Positions 27,714 through 37,277 of a DNA stretch of 64,000 nt are shown piece by piece; positions within the stretch are counted from its first letter, which is position 1; each line of letters opens with the position of its first letter. The stretch comes from an uncultured virus (IMG/VR IMGVR_UViG_3300016472_001133) (Duplodnaviria > Heunggongvirae > Uroviricota > Caudoviricetes). The stretch is taken from the IMG/VR virus record IMGVR_UViG_3300016472_001133. One strand, written 5' to 3'. The notes beneath the pieces are model-generated. The model ran no database searches. It worked only from the letters and a program-made list of their open reading frames with translations, and was not told the origin of the DNA. Made by a program: the position numbers and the translations under genes.

Positions 27714-28026
27714 AAGAAAACAATTCGTAGAAAAAATTCAAAAAAAGAAAGTAGAAAAGGTAGATTCTAAAAAAGTAAAAAGAGGATTCAAGCCTGATTC
27801 TCTACAAGATGCTATCGTCGATGGAAAGTTTGTCGGTCAAGTAGGAAATGAAATCATTGTTGATCGATTTAGGAATGGAAAACAAGCATTTCATGTTTGT
27901 ACGGTAAAAGAGCTTGAAGAAAATGGTCTCATTCACACATGGGATGAAACCATTCACCAATGGTTTGTATTCTCAACCAACGAAGCTCCAAAAGTTGTTA
28001 AGCTACTTTCTTCAGGAAAAAAATGA
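27703..28026 (+). CDS. Hypothetical protein
   Basis: GGAGG RBS. Confidence 0.7.
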   Translation: MTIERKQFVEKIQKKKVEKVDSKKVKRGFKPDSLQDAIVDGKFVGQVGNEIIVDRFRNGKQAFHVCTVKELEENGLIHTWDETIHQWFVFSTNEAPKVVKLLSSGKK

Positions 28027-29046
28027 AAAAATCTTTTTGAAAAGAGCCACAATCGGATTAGGAGCCGGTGGCGGCTGAGAAGGTTTAGTCATTATAATTT
28101 GATTTAACTCCTTCAACAATTCTTCATTTATCGTTTGTTGCGAATTACCTATGGCGTTTTTACTTGAAGGAGGAGGCGTCGTTTTTGGATCCCAAAGTTT
28201 TAACTCTTCTGCATTTTGTGGAAGATCAACATCAAATAATTTTTCTATAACAGGTCTTAAAGCATTATATCTTGTTGGATAAATTTTAATGTTTGATCCA
28301 AAAGTTAATTTTTTTATTAAACACAAACACCACTCTTCAGACCATTTTTCACCAACAAATTTTGTTGAAGAAAACATTTCTCCTGTCACGCGGGGAAGAT
28401 TAATTGCAAAAGTTAAATAAATTGCTCTTAATGCATTTGACCATTGCGTTTGAGTTTTATCATCAAATAATTCTTTTTTTGCGGTCGGGGTAACGAATCC
28501 CATTAATCTATCAAGCGTGAATTTCTTTTGCAATTCGCGTGTTCGTGGATCTTCTAAGATTGAAGCTATGCAAGCAGCCCAAAGTTTTGCACATTTTTTA
28601 CTTTCTTCTGATTTCCAACTACCTTTTTTACCATCACATCCCCAAAAAAGTTTTTGTTGCGCTGCTAGGTTATTAACCTCTGACGTTCCTATAAAAAATC
28701 TCCAAATTCCCTTTTGGTTTTTCTTAAATGAAGAACCAGATACATCTAAAGCAGGTTTCAAACATCCTTGAACTATTGTTTCAAATCCAGAATCACAAAA
28801 AAAACCCAACATCTTTGATACTGAAAAAACGTTGGCTTCTCCCCACTGTATTAATCCGGCAGAAACAATCATCCTATCATACATGTTGATTGCATCATAA
28901 TGACCGCTTTCAATCGCGACGATTGTAGCTAAAAACTTATCATTAATCGATGGATTTTTAGGAAGCTCAAATTTTATTTTTCCTTTATAAAAAGGACCTT
29001 CAAATTCTTGATAAGAACCCCATGTAACATCTTCGACTCTTGCCAT
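28012..29046 (-). CDS. Hypothetical protein, possible lysozyme-fold hydrolase
   Basis: AIESG.YDAINMYD...SAGLIQW; GGAGG RBS. Confidence 0.5.
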   Translation of the reverse strand: MARVEDVTWGSYQEFEGPFYKGKIKFELPKNPSINDKFLATIVAIESGHYDAINMYDRMIVSAGLIQWGEANVFSVSKMLGFFCDSGFETIVQGCLKPALDVSGSSFKKNQKGIWRFFIGTSEVNNLAAQQKLFWGCDGKKGSWKSEESKKCAKLWAACIASILEDPRTRELQKKFTLDRLMGFVTPTAKKELFDDKTQTQWSNALRAIYLTFAINLPRVTGEMFSSTKFVGEKWSEEWCLCLIKKLTFGSNIKIYPTRYNALRPVIEKLFDVDLPQNAEELKLWDPKTTPPPSSKNAIGNSQQTINEELLKELNQIIMTKPSQPPPAPNPIVALFKKIFSFFS

Positions 29047-29077
29047 GATGTAGCCTCCTGCAAGAAAAAACGCAATA

Positions 29078-29803
29078 TTATATAGCACCTTCTTTCATAA
29101 GAAACTTAACAATCGTGTTTTTATGAATGAAATAAGTTAAAAAAGGTCCTGAAGTAGAAATATATGAACATAATCCTACAAGATGTCCATTCAAATCGAA
29201 CGCACCACCGCCAGAATTTCCTAGCCAAGCTGGTGATGATATTTGAATAACTTTTTCCGTGGGAAATAAATCCGGAGTTTTTAAGTTATTTCTTATTGAT
29301 GAGACATATCCTTTAGAAAAAGTCCATCCTAACCCGACTGTGTGGCCCATGATGTTAACTTCTTCACCAGGCTCAACAATTTCGTCAGTTATTTCGACGA
29401 CATCATGAGGCGGTTCTGAACTCGGGTCAACTAAAAGAAGCGCCAAATCGTTAATTTCATCGTTCGATTTTACTATAGCTAAATGGAATGAGCTTTCATT
29501 AAGCTCATCATAAGTTATATACGTTATCAATTCATCTTTATTAACGCAATGATTTGCAGTTAACAACATTCCGCGATTAATCCAAATGGCAGCACAATGG
29601 ATCATTTGATCTGAAGTGTCTAAACTAGTAAGTGCGACTGTCAATCTTTTTATTTTCTTTACGTTTTCTATCTGAGAAGATCTTTGCATTTCATGTTCGT
29701 TTAAAACATTACTCACTTTAGGAGTTTGAACATGCGAAGATGAACAACAACCTACCAGGAAGAAGAACGACCCCAAGATTAGCGAGCTCATGAAATTTTT
29801 CAC
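29078..29803 (-). CDS. Trypsin-like serine protease, lipoprotein-like signal
   Basis: LTANHC, DLALL, GNSGG catalytic triad. Confidence 0.85.
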   Translation of the reverse strand: MKNFMSSLILGSFFFLVGCCSSSHVQTPKVSNVLNEHEMQRSSQIENVKKIKRLTVALTSLDTSDQMIHCAAIWINRGMLLTANHCVNKDELITYITYDELNESSFHLAIVKSNDEINDLALLLVDPSSEPPHDVVEITDEIVEPGEEVNIMGHTVGLGWTFSKGYVSSIRNNLKTPDLFPTEKVIQISSPAWLGNSGGGAFDLNGHLVGLCSYISTSGPFLTYFIHKNTIVKFLMKEGAI

Positions 29804-29923
29804 TAGAGACTCCTCGCTGGCGGTTGAAAATCCAGCTTAATTATAGTTATAGTATTTCACTCGAGATTCTCTTTTTGTTCTTGAGATTTATAGATTTTTG
29901 TAATCAAATGTAATATTTGATTC

Positions 29924-30154
29924 ATGCCTTTATCGGAAGAAAATATTAAGGTTATTAGAACAGCGGCAAAAGATGCTGGAGATCATCTTAAGGGTAAATT
30001 ACCTCCCTGCAAGTTTCTCAAAGAGCGTAATTCTTATGCCCACATATGGGAGAGACTAAAATCTCGTCTGGGTAAGTCATACAAGGATTGTGACGATCAC
30101 CAAGTTCCAGAGATTCTACGAATGATAGAATGGTATAAGAATAATCCGTGCTGA
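29924..30154 (+). CDS. Hypothetical protein
   Basis: ORF. Confidence 0.65.
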   Translation: MPLSEENIKVIRTAAKDAGDHLKGKLPPCKFLKERNSYAHIWERLKSRLGKSYKDCDDHQVPEILRMIEWYKNNPC

Positions 30155-30168
30155 GAAAAACATGATGT

Positions 30169-30200
30169 AAAAAAAAGCAGAGAGGGTATCCTCTCTGCTT
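30169..30200 (-). terminator. Intrinsic terminator
   Basis: 11-bp stem AAGCAGAGAGG/CCTCTCTGCTT with T-tract on the minus strand. Confidence 0.75.
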
Positions 30201-30221
30201 CATAATGTTTTTTAATTTAAT

Positions 30222-30761
30222 TTACTTAGATGACTTTACTTTTTCTATTGCTGCATCATACCAAGCCTCGATGGACTTCCTGAAAGGCCACATCCAAAAA
30301 TATTGTGCCGTGGTGAAATGAGCAATCATATTTTCTTTTAAAGCCGGTGTGAAAGCCTTTTCTCCATGATATTCGTAAATAGCGCGGAGGCTTTCTTCAT
30401 AAGCTTCTTGTTCAAACTTTTTGCGCCATCGTGCAAACACCAATGGAAATGGAACTAAAAGGTACGCAACTGAGAACAAGAATCTTCCGTGCCTCTTGGC
30501 TTGACGCATGTGAACTCTTTCGTGCCTGATAATCTCGGCCTTGCTAGTTATTGTAGCGTTTTCCCAGCTGCTCGGAACATAAACTTTATTTCCCATCGTG
30601 GTGATAAAACCCGTCATAAAGAGTTTCATCTGTCCAAAAGTTATGATCTTCAATGCCGCATCGATGAACTTCATCAACACGGATTTTTCTTTCTCGATGA
30701 TTTCAAAGTCTGGAAATTCTTGCTTGGTTTCTGCAAGAATTTTATTGTATTCTTCTTTCAT
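30222..30761 (-). CDS. Putative HExxH metallopeptidase
   Basis: IRHERVHMRQ...FEQEAY. Confidence 0.65.
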   Translation of the reverse strand: MKEEYNKILAETKQEFPDFEIIEKEKSVLMKFIDAALKIITFGQMKLFMTGFITTMGNKVYVPSSWENATITSKAEIIRHERVHMRQAKRHGRFLFSVAYLLVPFPLVFARWRKKFEQEAYEESLRAIYEYHGEKAFTPALKENMIAHFTTAQYFWMWPFRKSIEAWYDAAIEKVKSSK

Positions 30762-30826
30762 GGAAATCTCCTCTTACTATAAATATCTAAAACATTTCGT
30801 TAAATGATTGATATAAAATCTATATA

Positions 30827-31108
30827 ATGTCTAGAAAGCTTCTAAAACCTGGCACTCTTGCAATATGCAAGCCAGATTGTGATGGTTTGATTATTTGGTC
30901 TTCATACGCTTGTGAAGTCGATGACGATATTGATAAAATATATTCTGACGACGTCCTTGTGATCATAGAGGCAAGAAAGCCTACAGATAAAGAAATTCAA
31001 GACAAATACCTAACGCCTGAATGGCAAAATGGAGCCTATCGGGTTTTAACTTCAAATGGTACTAGCGGATGGACAGGCGAAGGATGGTTAATTCCTATCA
31101 CCACCTAA
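30827..31108 (+). CDS. Dispersed KOW/SH3-like protein
   Basis: LKPGTLAI...VLTSNGTSGW. Confidence 0.6.
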   Translation: MSRKLLKPGTLAICKPDCDGLIIWSSYACEVDDDIDKIYSDDVLVIIEARKPTDKEIQDKYLTPEWQNGAYRVLTSNGTSGWTGEGWLIPITT

Positions 31109-31373
31109 CTCTTACTCTACCTTCACATCCCGATGGAATTATAGGAACTGGAACGTCGTCTGGCGTTGTAAGCAAAGCCCTAATCCTAATCTCAATTGGC
31201 GAGCGATACCCTGTTCCTGATTTTTTCTTCTCTACTTTAAGAGGTATCGCAAGTTCAATCGAACTATCTTTAAACCCACCAAATTTAATTGGTAGAGGTT
31301 CTATCGTCGTCGCTTGAGATCCCCACACGGTTCCACAACCTGAGCAAAATAGAAGAAAAAATAATGATTTCAT
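31098..31373 (-). CDS. Putative small lipoprotein
   Basis: LLFCSGC signal. Confidence 0.5.
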   Translation of the reverse strand: MKSLFFLLFCSGCGTVWGSQATTIEPLPIKFGGFKDSSIELAIPLKVEKKKSGTGYRSPIEIRIRALLTTPDDVPVPIIPSGCEGRVRVRW

Positions 31374-31386
31374 TAATCATTAATTA

Positions 31387-32217
31387 TTAAGAACCCCAAA
31401 GCGAGGAAAAAGATCCAATAAACTTATTCCAAGCTTCTTCTTTAACGATAGATTTAAATCCGTAAACGTCAAAGGCAACTTTCACTGCATCCCAATTACA
31501 AATCGGAGATGAAGAAGTCATTTCCATCCGCTCACCCTCGGTCCACTCCTTGAACGAAATAAGTTCATAGTTGCGTTGAAACTGTGCCGCATTGTTGGGG
31601 TCAGAAAGAAACCTTGCTAACTTGTCAGGGTCGGTAGCCAAATCAGCTGCGGTCTTGTCGCCGATGCCGGGGATGCCAGGGATGTTGTCTGATCCATCAC
31701 CACGTAGGGACTTCCAGGTGATGTAATCGTAATCCTCAGGTGCCTCCAGATATTCTTTCTTAATTGGATTCCATACTTTTACATGAGAATATTTCTGAAT
31801 TAACTGGGTAAAATCTGAGTCATTGGAGACTACAGTCCATGGCACCGCTGTGGTGGAACGATCGATGAGATTGTAGATAGTATCGTCACACTCAGATGTA
31901 GGGTGCCGAACGACTGAGACAGGGAAGTGCTTGGTCAGGAGATCGACGATATGATCCTTTTGCTTGAAGAACTTTTGAAGCTCTGCATACTTGGGGTCGT
32001 CCTCCTCAACTCGACGTGTGGCCTTGTACTCGGGCAGAAGTTCGTAGCGCTTAACCGGTCGGCCCTCGAGGACCACATAAACTCGATTCGGTTTGAATTG
32101 ATCAACGAGAGACTTGAACTGCCTGAAAAAGTTGAAGACGACAGGGGCAGGCCCGACCTGGAATCCGGATCGAGCACGATGACATTGATTCATGAAATCG
32201 ATACAAAGGATTGACAT
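31387..32217 (-). CDS. 5'-3' exonuclease / flap endonuclease (T4 RNase H/PolI N-terminal type)
   Basis: IDFMN, YKATR, ECDD, SNDSDF, GDGSDNIPGIPGIGDKTA; leaderless start at 32217. Confidence 0.9.
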   Translation of the reverse strand: MSILCIDFMNQCHRARSGFQVGPAPVVFNFFRQFKSLVDQFKPNRVYVVLEGRPVKRYELLPEYKATRRVEEDDPKYAELQKFFKQKDHIVDLLTKHFPVSVVRHPTSECDDTIYNLIDRSTTAVPWTVVSNDSDFTQLIQKYSHVKVWNPIKKEYLEAPEDYDYITWKSLRGDGSDNIPGIPGIGDKTAADLATDPDKLARFLSDPNNAAQFQRNYELISFKEWTEGERMEMTSSSPICNWDAVKVAFDVYGFKSIVKEEAWNKFIGSFSSLWGS

Positions 32218-32223
32218 GTTTAG

Positions 32224-32253
32224 ATTATACCTTAGCGTACTTCTTAATTGCAC
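32224..32253 (-). promoter_or_regulatory. Phage promoter, leaderless type
   Basis: GTGCAAT-N17-TATAAT-N6-ATG(32217). Confidence 0.75.
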
Positions 32254-32806
32254 CTTTGGACATACGTTCCTGAGGAGGAACGAAATCCATTTCGAGAAGA
32301 TCGAAGAAATCCTGTTCTTCGGCGACAAGGAGTTGGGTGCCATCCGTTGTAGTTGGCATACAATCTGTCATACGACCGCCACCGGACATCTTCTTCCATC
32401 GACCAAAGATTCCTGGGATAAATCCATGAAATGGATTACCGTCTGGTCCAGCTCCGCTACCAGTTCGCATCATGTACAGACCACCCCAGTTATCAGGAGT
32501 CGCCAGGAAGACATCGAGGTTCATCCCCTCCGCCAATCGAACACGAAGGTACTTGGCAGAGACCTTAGGAGTCCATGGAATGGCACCTGGAACACCGGGC
32601 TTGATGTGTTGACCGACGTCACTGAGGAGGGAGATGAGGCGTTCACGATCACCAGGGATGCCACAGATCTCAATGTCACCGACAATTTCTTTTCGTCGGC
32701 GAATTGAACCAGCTACTTCGACGCGGTCCATTGCCGGGAAGATGTGCTGTCGAACTTTATTTGCGATGGATTCTGCCTCGTGGAGGTCAATCTTTCCAAT
32801 ACCCAT
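32225..32806 (-). CDS. Minimal DNA polymerase X family protein
   Basis: AGSIRR..EIVGDIE, LDVF, RTGS, EQDFF..L...FVPPQER. Confidence 0.8.
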   Translation of the reverse strand: MGIGKIDLHEAESIANKVRQHIFPAMDRVEVAGSIRRRKEIVGDIEICGIPGDRERLISLLSDVGQHIKPGVPGAIPWTPKVSAKYLRVRLAEGMNLDVFLATPDNWGGLYMMRTGSGAGPDGNPFHGFIPGIFGRWKKMSGGGRMTDCMPTTTDGTQLLVAEEQDFFDLLEMDFVPPQERMSKGAIKKYAKV

Positions 32807-32812
32807 GGTCTT

Positions 32813-32842
32813 ATACTACCATTTTGGTGGTGAACTTTGCAC
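32813..32842 (-). promoter_or_regulatory. Phage promoter, leaderless type
   Basis: GTGCAAA-N17-TAGTAT-N6-ATG(32806). Confidence 0.75.
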
Positions 32843-33556
32843 TCAATCAACCTTAAAAATTTTCACATAAGAATCGCCATTGAAAGCCAAGGAAACGTTA
32901 AAAACATACCTCGAATGACTCGTTGGTCTTCCGCGGCGATCACGTTTGTTAATATGTGTATATCGATACGTTCCTGCTTCTGGCATGTTTTCGTGGACGT
33001 TTAGATATGAATCTGGGATCCTACAAATTCGGCCTTTTCCGCCCGTTCGGAGGTTTTTAAAGCTTGAACTACCAAGCTCATGGTAGATTTGAAACCCTAC
33101 GTTCTGTTCGTGTTCTTTCCTTTTACGGTTTGTTACCTCTTCGGGCGTCTCAACTGTCAAGGTAATCTTTTGAGGGATGCAAGATTCAATCATCTCCGCA
33201 ACCATCAGCAGCGAATTGATAAAATTCTCTCTTTCTTTTACCTGTTCCAAAGAGAATTCTGAGTTTCCGTAACGGATCGAAATCCTTCGAAAATAATCTC
33301 GATAGAACCCTCCGGCTACGAGAACGTTTTCTCCCGACTCATAACCTACATTTAAGCAACAAACAAAATTTCCATTGCTCCAGCCTGAACGCTTTGGATC
33401 TAGCAAAAATTCATATTGATTATGATCATGGTATTCACTTTCGTCATATCTTAACAGGCTTTCTTTATAATGTTCCGTCATGTGATTCGTAATGCCATGA
33501 GTCATTACGATATTTCTTGCGAGCTTTAGGGCTTTTTTTAGCTCAGAGCGGTCCAT
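32843..33556 (-). CDS. Hypothetical protein
   Basis: 237-aa ORF, leaderless start. Confidence 0.75.
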   Translation of the reverse strand: MDRSELKKALKLARNIVMTHGITNHMTEHYKESLLRYDESEYHDHNQYEFLLDPKRSGWSNGNFVCCLNVGYESGENVLVAGGFYRDYFRRISIRYGNSEFSLEQVKERENFINSLLMVAEMIESCIPQKITLTVETPEEVTNRKRKEHEQNVGFQIYHELGSSSFKNLRTGGKGRICRIPDSYLNVHENMPEAGTYRYTHINKRDRRGRPTSHSRYVFNVSLAFNGDSYVKIFKVD

Positions 33557-33562
33557 GGATTT

Positions 33563-33592
33563 ACATTATAACTAAAAGAAGCAAGTTTGCAC
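33563..33592 (-). promoter_or_regulatory. Phage promoter, leaderless type
   Basis: GTGCAAA-N17-TAATGT-N6-ATG(33556). Confidence 0.7.
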
Positions 33593-33639
33593 AAAGCTAT
33601 TCGCGCATTTCAAAAGCGATTTTTTTTAATAAACGATTT

Positions 33640-33882
33640 TTATTGATCGATATTTTCGATATTCCTGATGGAAGGAGGAGGAGAATCCTTCAAGCTTTCA
33701 AGAACTCCATTCGTTTGTTCGAGTAAAAAATCAATATGATCTTTGACATATGGCATCCATGACCATTCTTGGTCTATATGAATTTGTGACAAATCCATAA
33801 ATGACATCTCAGTCAACTTTTTCTTAATTTCATTTAATGATTGATAAACGTGTTTATAAACATCGCTGGATTGTTCTGTCAT
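33640..33882 (-). CDS. Hypothetical protein
   Basis: ORF. Confidence 0.6.
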   Translation of the reverse strand: MTEQSSDVYKHVYQSLNEIKKKLTEMSFMDLSQIHIDQEWSWMPYVKDHIDFLLEQTNGVLESLKDSPPPSIRNIENIDQ

Positions 33883-33893
33883 AAATTTATCCC

Positions 33894-34298
33894 TTAAATT
33901 GCCATTTTTATTTTCGCTTTTGTTCCATCTGGCAAAATAACCACCGCATCATCCTGCTGAATTTCTATAGCTTTTTCAATTGGCTCACTTATGATGGAAT
34001 CAACATCATCAATTTGATACCATTCTTTTGCTCTTTTCTCAGAATTTTCTACGACAGAATCAACCATCTTTATGATTTTTTCATGAAGAGTTTGCCTCAA
34101 AACAATAATAGAATCAAATATTTCTCCGTCGATGTCTGACAATGACGTTGCTTCTCCTTTTGATCCTACTCTTACGATATAGTTAGTTGATTCTCCATTT
34201 AAGCTTTTTTTTGTAATTTCTTCAATTACCTGAACGGGTAATATCTTCGTTTCACGATTCATTAGAATATACAAAATTTGGCCTATCGAGTATTTCAT
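33894..34298 (-). CDS. Hypothetical protein
   Basis: Coupled ORF. Confidence 0.7.
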   Translation of the reverse strand: MKYSIGQILYILMNRETKILPVQVIEEITKKSLNGESTNYIVRVGSKGEATSLSDIDGEIFDSIIVLRQTLHEKIIKMVDSVVENSEKRAKEWYQIDDVDSIISEPIEKAIEIQQDDAVVILPDGTKAKIKMAI

Positions 34299-34675
34299 TC
34301 ATCCTCCGCAGCTTCAGCTAATAGCTGTTGACCGATAGCAGCAGCAATTTCTTCTTCTTCAGAGATAAGTTCAAAAACGCCAAGCTGCGGAGTCGAAGAA
34401 ATTGTTACGATAAAATCTGGGGCTTCATCTCCTAGAGGAATTTCTGCTTCATTACACAAGCTGATGATCTTGTTCCAAAGCTTTGATTCTATGAGCTGTC
34501 TGTCTTGACTAGATGCAAGAGCTTGACTGATGGTAGACTTCATGTCTGCTGGCAATAAAACGCCGAATAAGTCTCGTAGATGAACAAGCTCTTTTCTTGA
34601 AAGTTTTAAAGAAAAGTTCTTCTTAGGCTTTAAGCCTTCATCTTGTTCTTTTTCATTTTTATTCATTTTAGTCAT
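34295..34675 (-). CDS. Hypothetical protein
   Basis: Coupled ORF. Confidence 0.7.
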   Translation of the reverse strand: MTKMNKNEKEQDEGLKPKKNFSLKLSRKELVHLRDLFGVLLPADMKSTISQALASSQDRQLIESKLWNKIISLCNEAEIPLGDEAPDFIVTISSTPQLGVFELISEEEEIAAAIGQQLLAEAAEDE

Positions 34676-34977
34676 GATTCACTCGCTGAATCAGATCCTG
34701 GTTCTGGATCTAAAACTTCTAAGAAAAGATCAAACGTGTCTTTATGAGCAACGCCTTGCTTGATCTTAACAACTCTCATTGCGGCTTGAAGTACTTTCAA
34801 GTCAAGCTTTGTAGAATACTCTTCAATGAGTTCTTTTCTATCGCTTTTTAAAAGTTCAATTTCGTTGTCGACATTTTCAATTCTAGACACAAATTCCTTG
34901 ACAAGCTTCTTGAGCTCTCCAAGTTCATCTGGTTGCATGATGTCCACGTTATAATTTTTTTGTTGTCGTTTCGGCAT
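34672..34977 (-). CDS. GapR/DUF2312- or T4 DsbA-like DNA-binding protein
   Basis: FVSRIENVDNEIELLKSDRKELIEE...LDLKVL pattern. Confidence 0.6.
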   Translation of the reverse strand: MPKRQQKNYNVDIMQPDELGELKKLVKEFVSRIENVDNEIELLKSDRKELIEEYSTKLDLKVLQAAMRVVKIKQGVAHKDTFDLFLEVLDPEPGSDSASES

Positions 34978-35019
34978 ACTGTAAACTATACAGGATGCGC
35001 TCGATATGTTTAGAAAATT

Positions 35020-35934
35020 TCATGCCGCTGCAGATTTTAATGCTGCATTAATTTCATTGATGAGCTTATCATAAATTTTTATGTAACTTTTGCTATCATA
35101 AATTATCTTATCTGATAATCCTGCTTTCTTAGCATCATCGATAACTCTTTGTTTATCTTGCTTTACAGAAGAAAGAATTGAATTCAACGCCATACCTTTG
35201 CTGGCTTTTAGGACAATTTGTTTATTCTTTTCATCTGTTTGCAATTTTTTTACTAGTTCAGCTGGTAAACCTAAATCTTCGATCTTAGAAGCAGATAAAA
35301 CCTTGTTAATTTGCTCTTTTATTTGTTGGTAATAGCTTTCTGACGCCTTCAACACGTCAGCTTTCGCGTCTTTCACCCATTGCTCATTTGTGATTTCTGT
35401 TGCACCAGCGGCTTCTTTTTCACCATAAGCCATTTTATCAATTGCTTTTTCAGCTTTATCTATGACTTCTTTTCCTTTTTCAGCAGCTTTTTTTATTCCA
35501 GTTCCTGCAACGGAAGCAGCAGCTCCTGCTGCAATGAAAGCCAACGGGTTAACTGCAAAAAACGCAAGAGCAGTCGCTCCAAAACCGGCTTTTGTTGCTG
35601 CTTTTAAAGGTGCTAGTGCAATATCGACGTTCCCTCTAGCCTCACGAATAGCATCGCCATATTTGAAGTCGATTTCTTGAAGGTTTTTTTGGTAATTTTC
35701 TTTTACTTTATCGTAGTTAGCCTTGAATAAACCCAAAGATCCAACTTCCTTGACCGCTTCAAATGTTATTCCAGCAAGCTGTTTTACCGCAGCAAAGACA
35801 TTTTTAAATTCTCCCACTGCAACATCTTTAAGTTTTCCAACCGCAGCGCCCATGCTGCGACGAAAAGAAGCACCATCCTCAACCAAAAGAGACTCTCTAA
35901 TAAATTCTCTTATAATTTCTTGTTCATCTTTCAT
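35020..35934 (-). CDS. Ala-rich helical protein, possible virion component
   Basis: IIREFIRESLLVE N-terminus; hydrophobic Ala/Gly segment. Confidence 0.65.
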   Translation of the reverse strand: MKDEQEIIREFIRESLLVEDGASFRRSMGAAVGKLKDVAVGEFKNVFAAVKQLAGITFEAVKEVGSLGLFKANYDKVKENYQKNLQEIDFKYGDAIREARGNVDIALAPLKAATKAGFGATALAFFAVNPLAFIAAGAAASVAGTGIKKAAEKGKEVIDKAEKAIDKMAYGEKEAAGATEITNEQWVKDAKADVLKASESYYQQIKEQINKVLSASKIEDLGLPAELVKKLQTDEKNKQIVLKASKGMALNSILSSVKQDKQRVIDDAKKAGLSDKIIYDSKSYIKIYDKLINEINAALKSAAA

Positions 35935-36175
35935 TACGGTCAATAAGTATGGGGTATATTCCTGTCTTGTCGCGCCATTTTTCTGCAACGATTTTTTCAA
36001 AAGTATTCATCGTTTGCTTCTTCGTGACTGGATCTCTTGTAGAAAAATACATTCTATCTTGTGGAGATAGAGTTTTTAATAATTCCTTTTTTATAATCAT
36101 CCAATTATTAGTCGGGCCCACATAAGATGAAACAATGGATATAGCTTCATCTAAAATGAATTTATCCATTGACAT
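35924..36175 (-). CDS. Hypothetical protein
   Basis: ORF. Confidence 0.6.
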   Translation of the reverse strand: MSMDKFILDEAISIVSSYVGPTNNWMIIKKELLKTLSPQDRMYFSTRDPVTKKQTMNTFEKIVAEKWRDKTGIYPILIDRNER

Positions 36176-36596
36176 ATCCTCCTAAGATGAGCATTGCAGC
36201 ATCAATAATTGGTTTTTGATAAGGGTATATTTGAGGTAAAAATTCTGCATCAAACCATTTAACGTCGACCACTTCGCTCATTTTATGATCGCATCTAGGA
36301 ACTGAATCATCAATTTGAATAGCTAAATAAGGAACAACGATTTTTTTATAATTTTTTCTTGTCAAAGTAGCATGAGGCAAACGAGTTAAAATTTTAATAT
36401 CGATTCCTGCTTCTTCTTTTACTTCTCTAATTGCTGTTTTTGAATAAGTTTCTCCAGGCTCCATATGGCCTTTTGGGATCCCCCAGCCTAGCGTATGTCC
36501 AGATTGCTTTACAAGAAGAACAAAAGTTTTTCCTTGTTCTTTCTTATAAACAACTGCTCCGCATGATATAGCTGGTTTAATAAACATAATCATCAA
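36162..36596 (-). CDS. NUDIX hydrolase (Ap4A-hydrolase-like)
   Basis: PKGHMEPGETYSKTAIREVKEEAG Nudix box. Confidence 0.9.
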   Translation of the reverse strand: MMIMFIKPAISCGAVVYKKEQGKTFVLLVKQSGHTLGWGIPKGHMEPGETYSKTAIREVKEEAGIDIKILTRLPHATLTRKNYKKIVVPYLAIQIDDSVPRCDHKMSEVVDVKWFDAEFLPQIYPYQKPIIDAAMLILGGYVNG

Positions 36597-36628
36597 ATTT
36601 ATTACTATTGCTACATAAATATAGGTCT

Positions 36629-37225
36629 ATGAAGATTGGTTTAGTTCCTATGTCTGCAAAACCTTATCATGCTGGGCATGATGGTCTTGTTAGAATTGCG
36701 TCAAATGAAAATGACATCGTTAAACTTTTTGTATCTACATCTGACAGGACCAGATCAGGGGAATTAAAGGTTAGCGGCGATACCATGCAAACGATTTGGT
36801 GGGATTACATAGAACCAACGTTACCTGAAAACGTAACGCCAGATTATGGTGGCATACCAGTCAGCAAAGTTTATCTAGAATTAGAAAAAGCAGAAGCAGA
36901 AGGATCAACCGACATTTATACAATTTATTCTGATGAAGAAGACATCTTAAAGTACACCGATGAAAGCTTGATAAAAGCTGCTCCAACATTATTCACGAAC
37001 GGACAAATCGTCCGGCGAGGGATTAGCAGATCTGAAACTGTGCAAGTCAGTGGAACGGAAATGCGAGAATTCCTCGAAGACGGAGATCTTGTGGGGTTTG
37101 TCGCCTTATTGCCCCAAGCGATTCAGCAGCATGGAAAAGAGATATTCGAACTGTTGCAAGACGAAATAGTCGGAGAAAACTTACTAAGAAAATACGTAAA
37201 GACAATTTTAGAAAACAAAATTTAA
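36629..37225 (+). CDS. Cytidylyltransferase-like (HxGH) nucleotidyltransferase
   Basis: KPYHAGH and VSGTEMR. Confidence 0.75.
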   Translation: MKIGLVPMSAKPYHAGHDGLVRIASNENDIVKLFVSTSDRTRSGELKVSGDTMQTIWWDYIEPTLPENVTPDYGGIPVSKVYLELEKAEAEGSTDIYTIYSDEEDILKYTDESLIKAAPTLFTNGQIVRRGISRSETVQVSGTEMREFLEDGDLVGFVALLPQAIQQHGKEIFELLQDEIVGENLLRKYVKTILENKI

Positions 37226-37277
37226 AAAGTTTTATAAATTTATAAACTAAACTATAAATTAACCTCATTGCTTTTGG

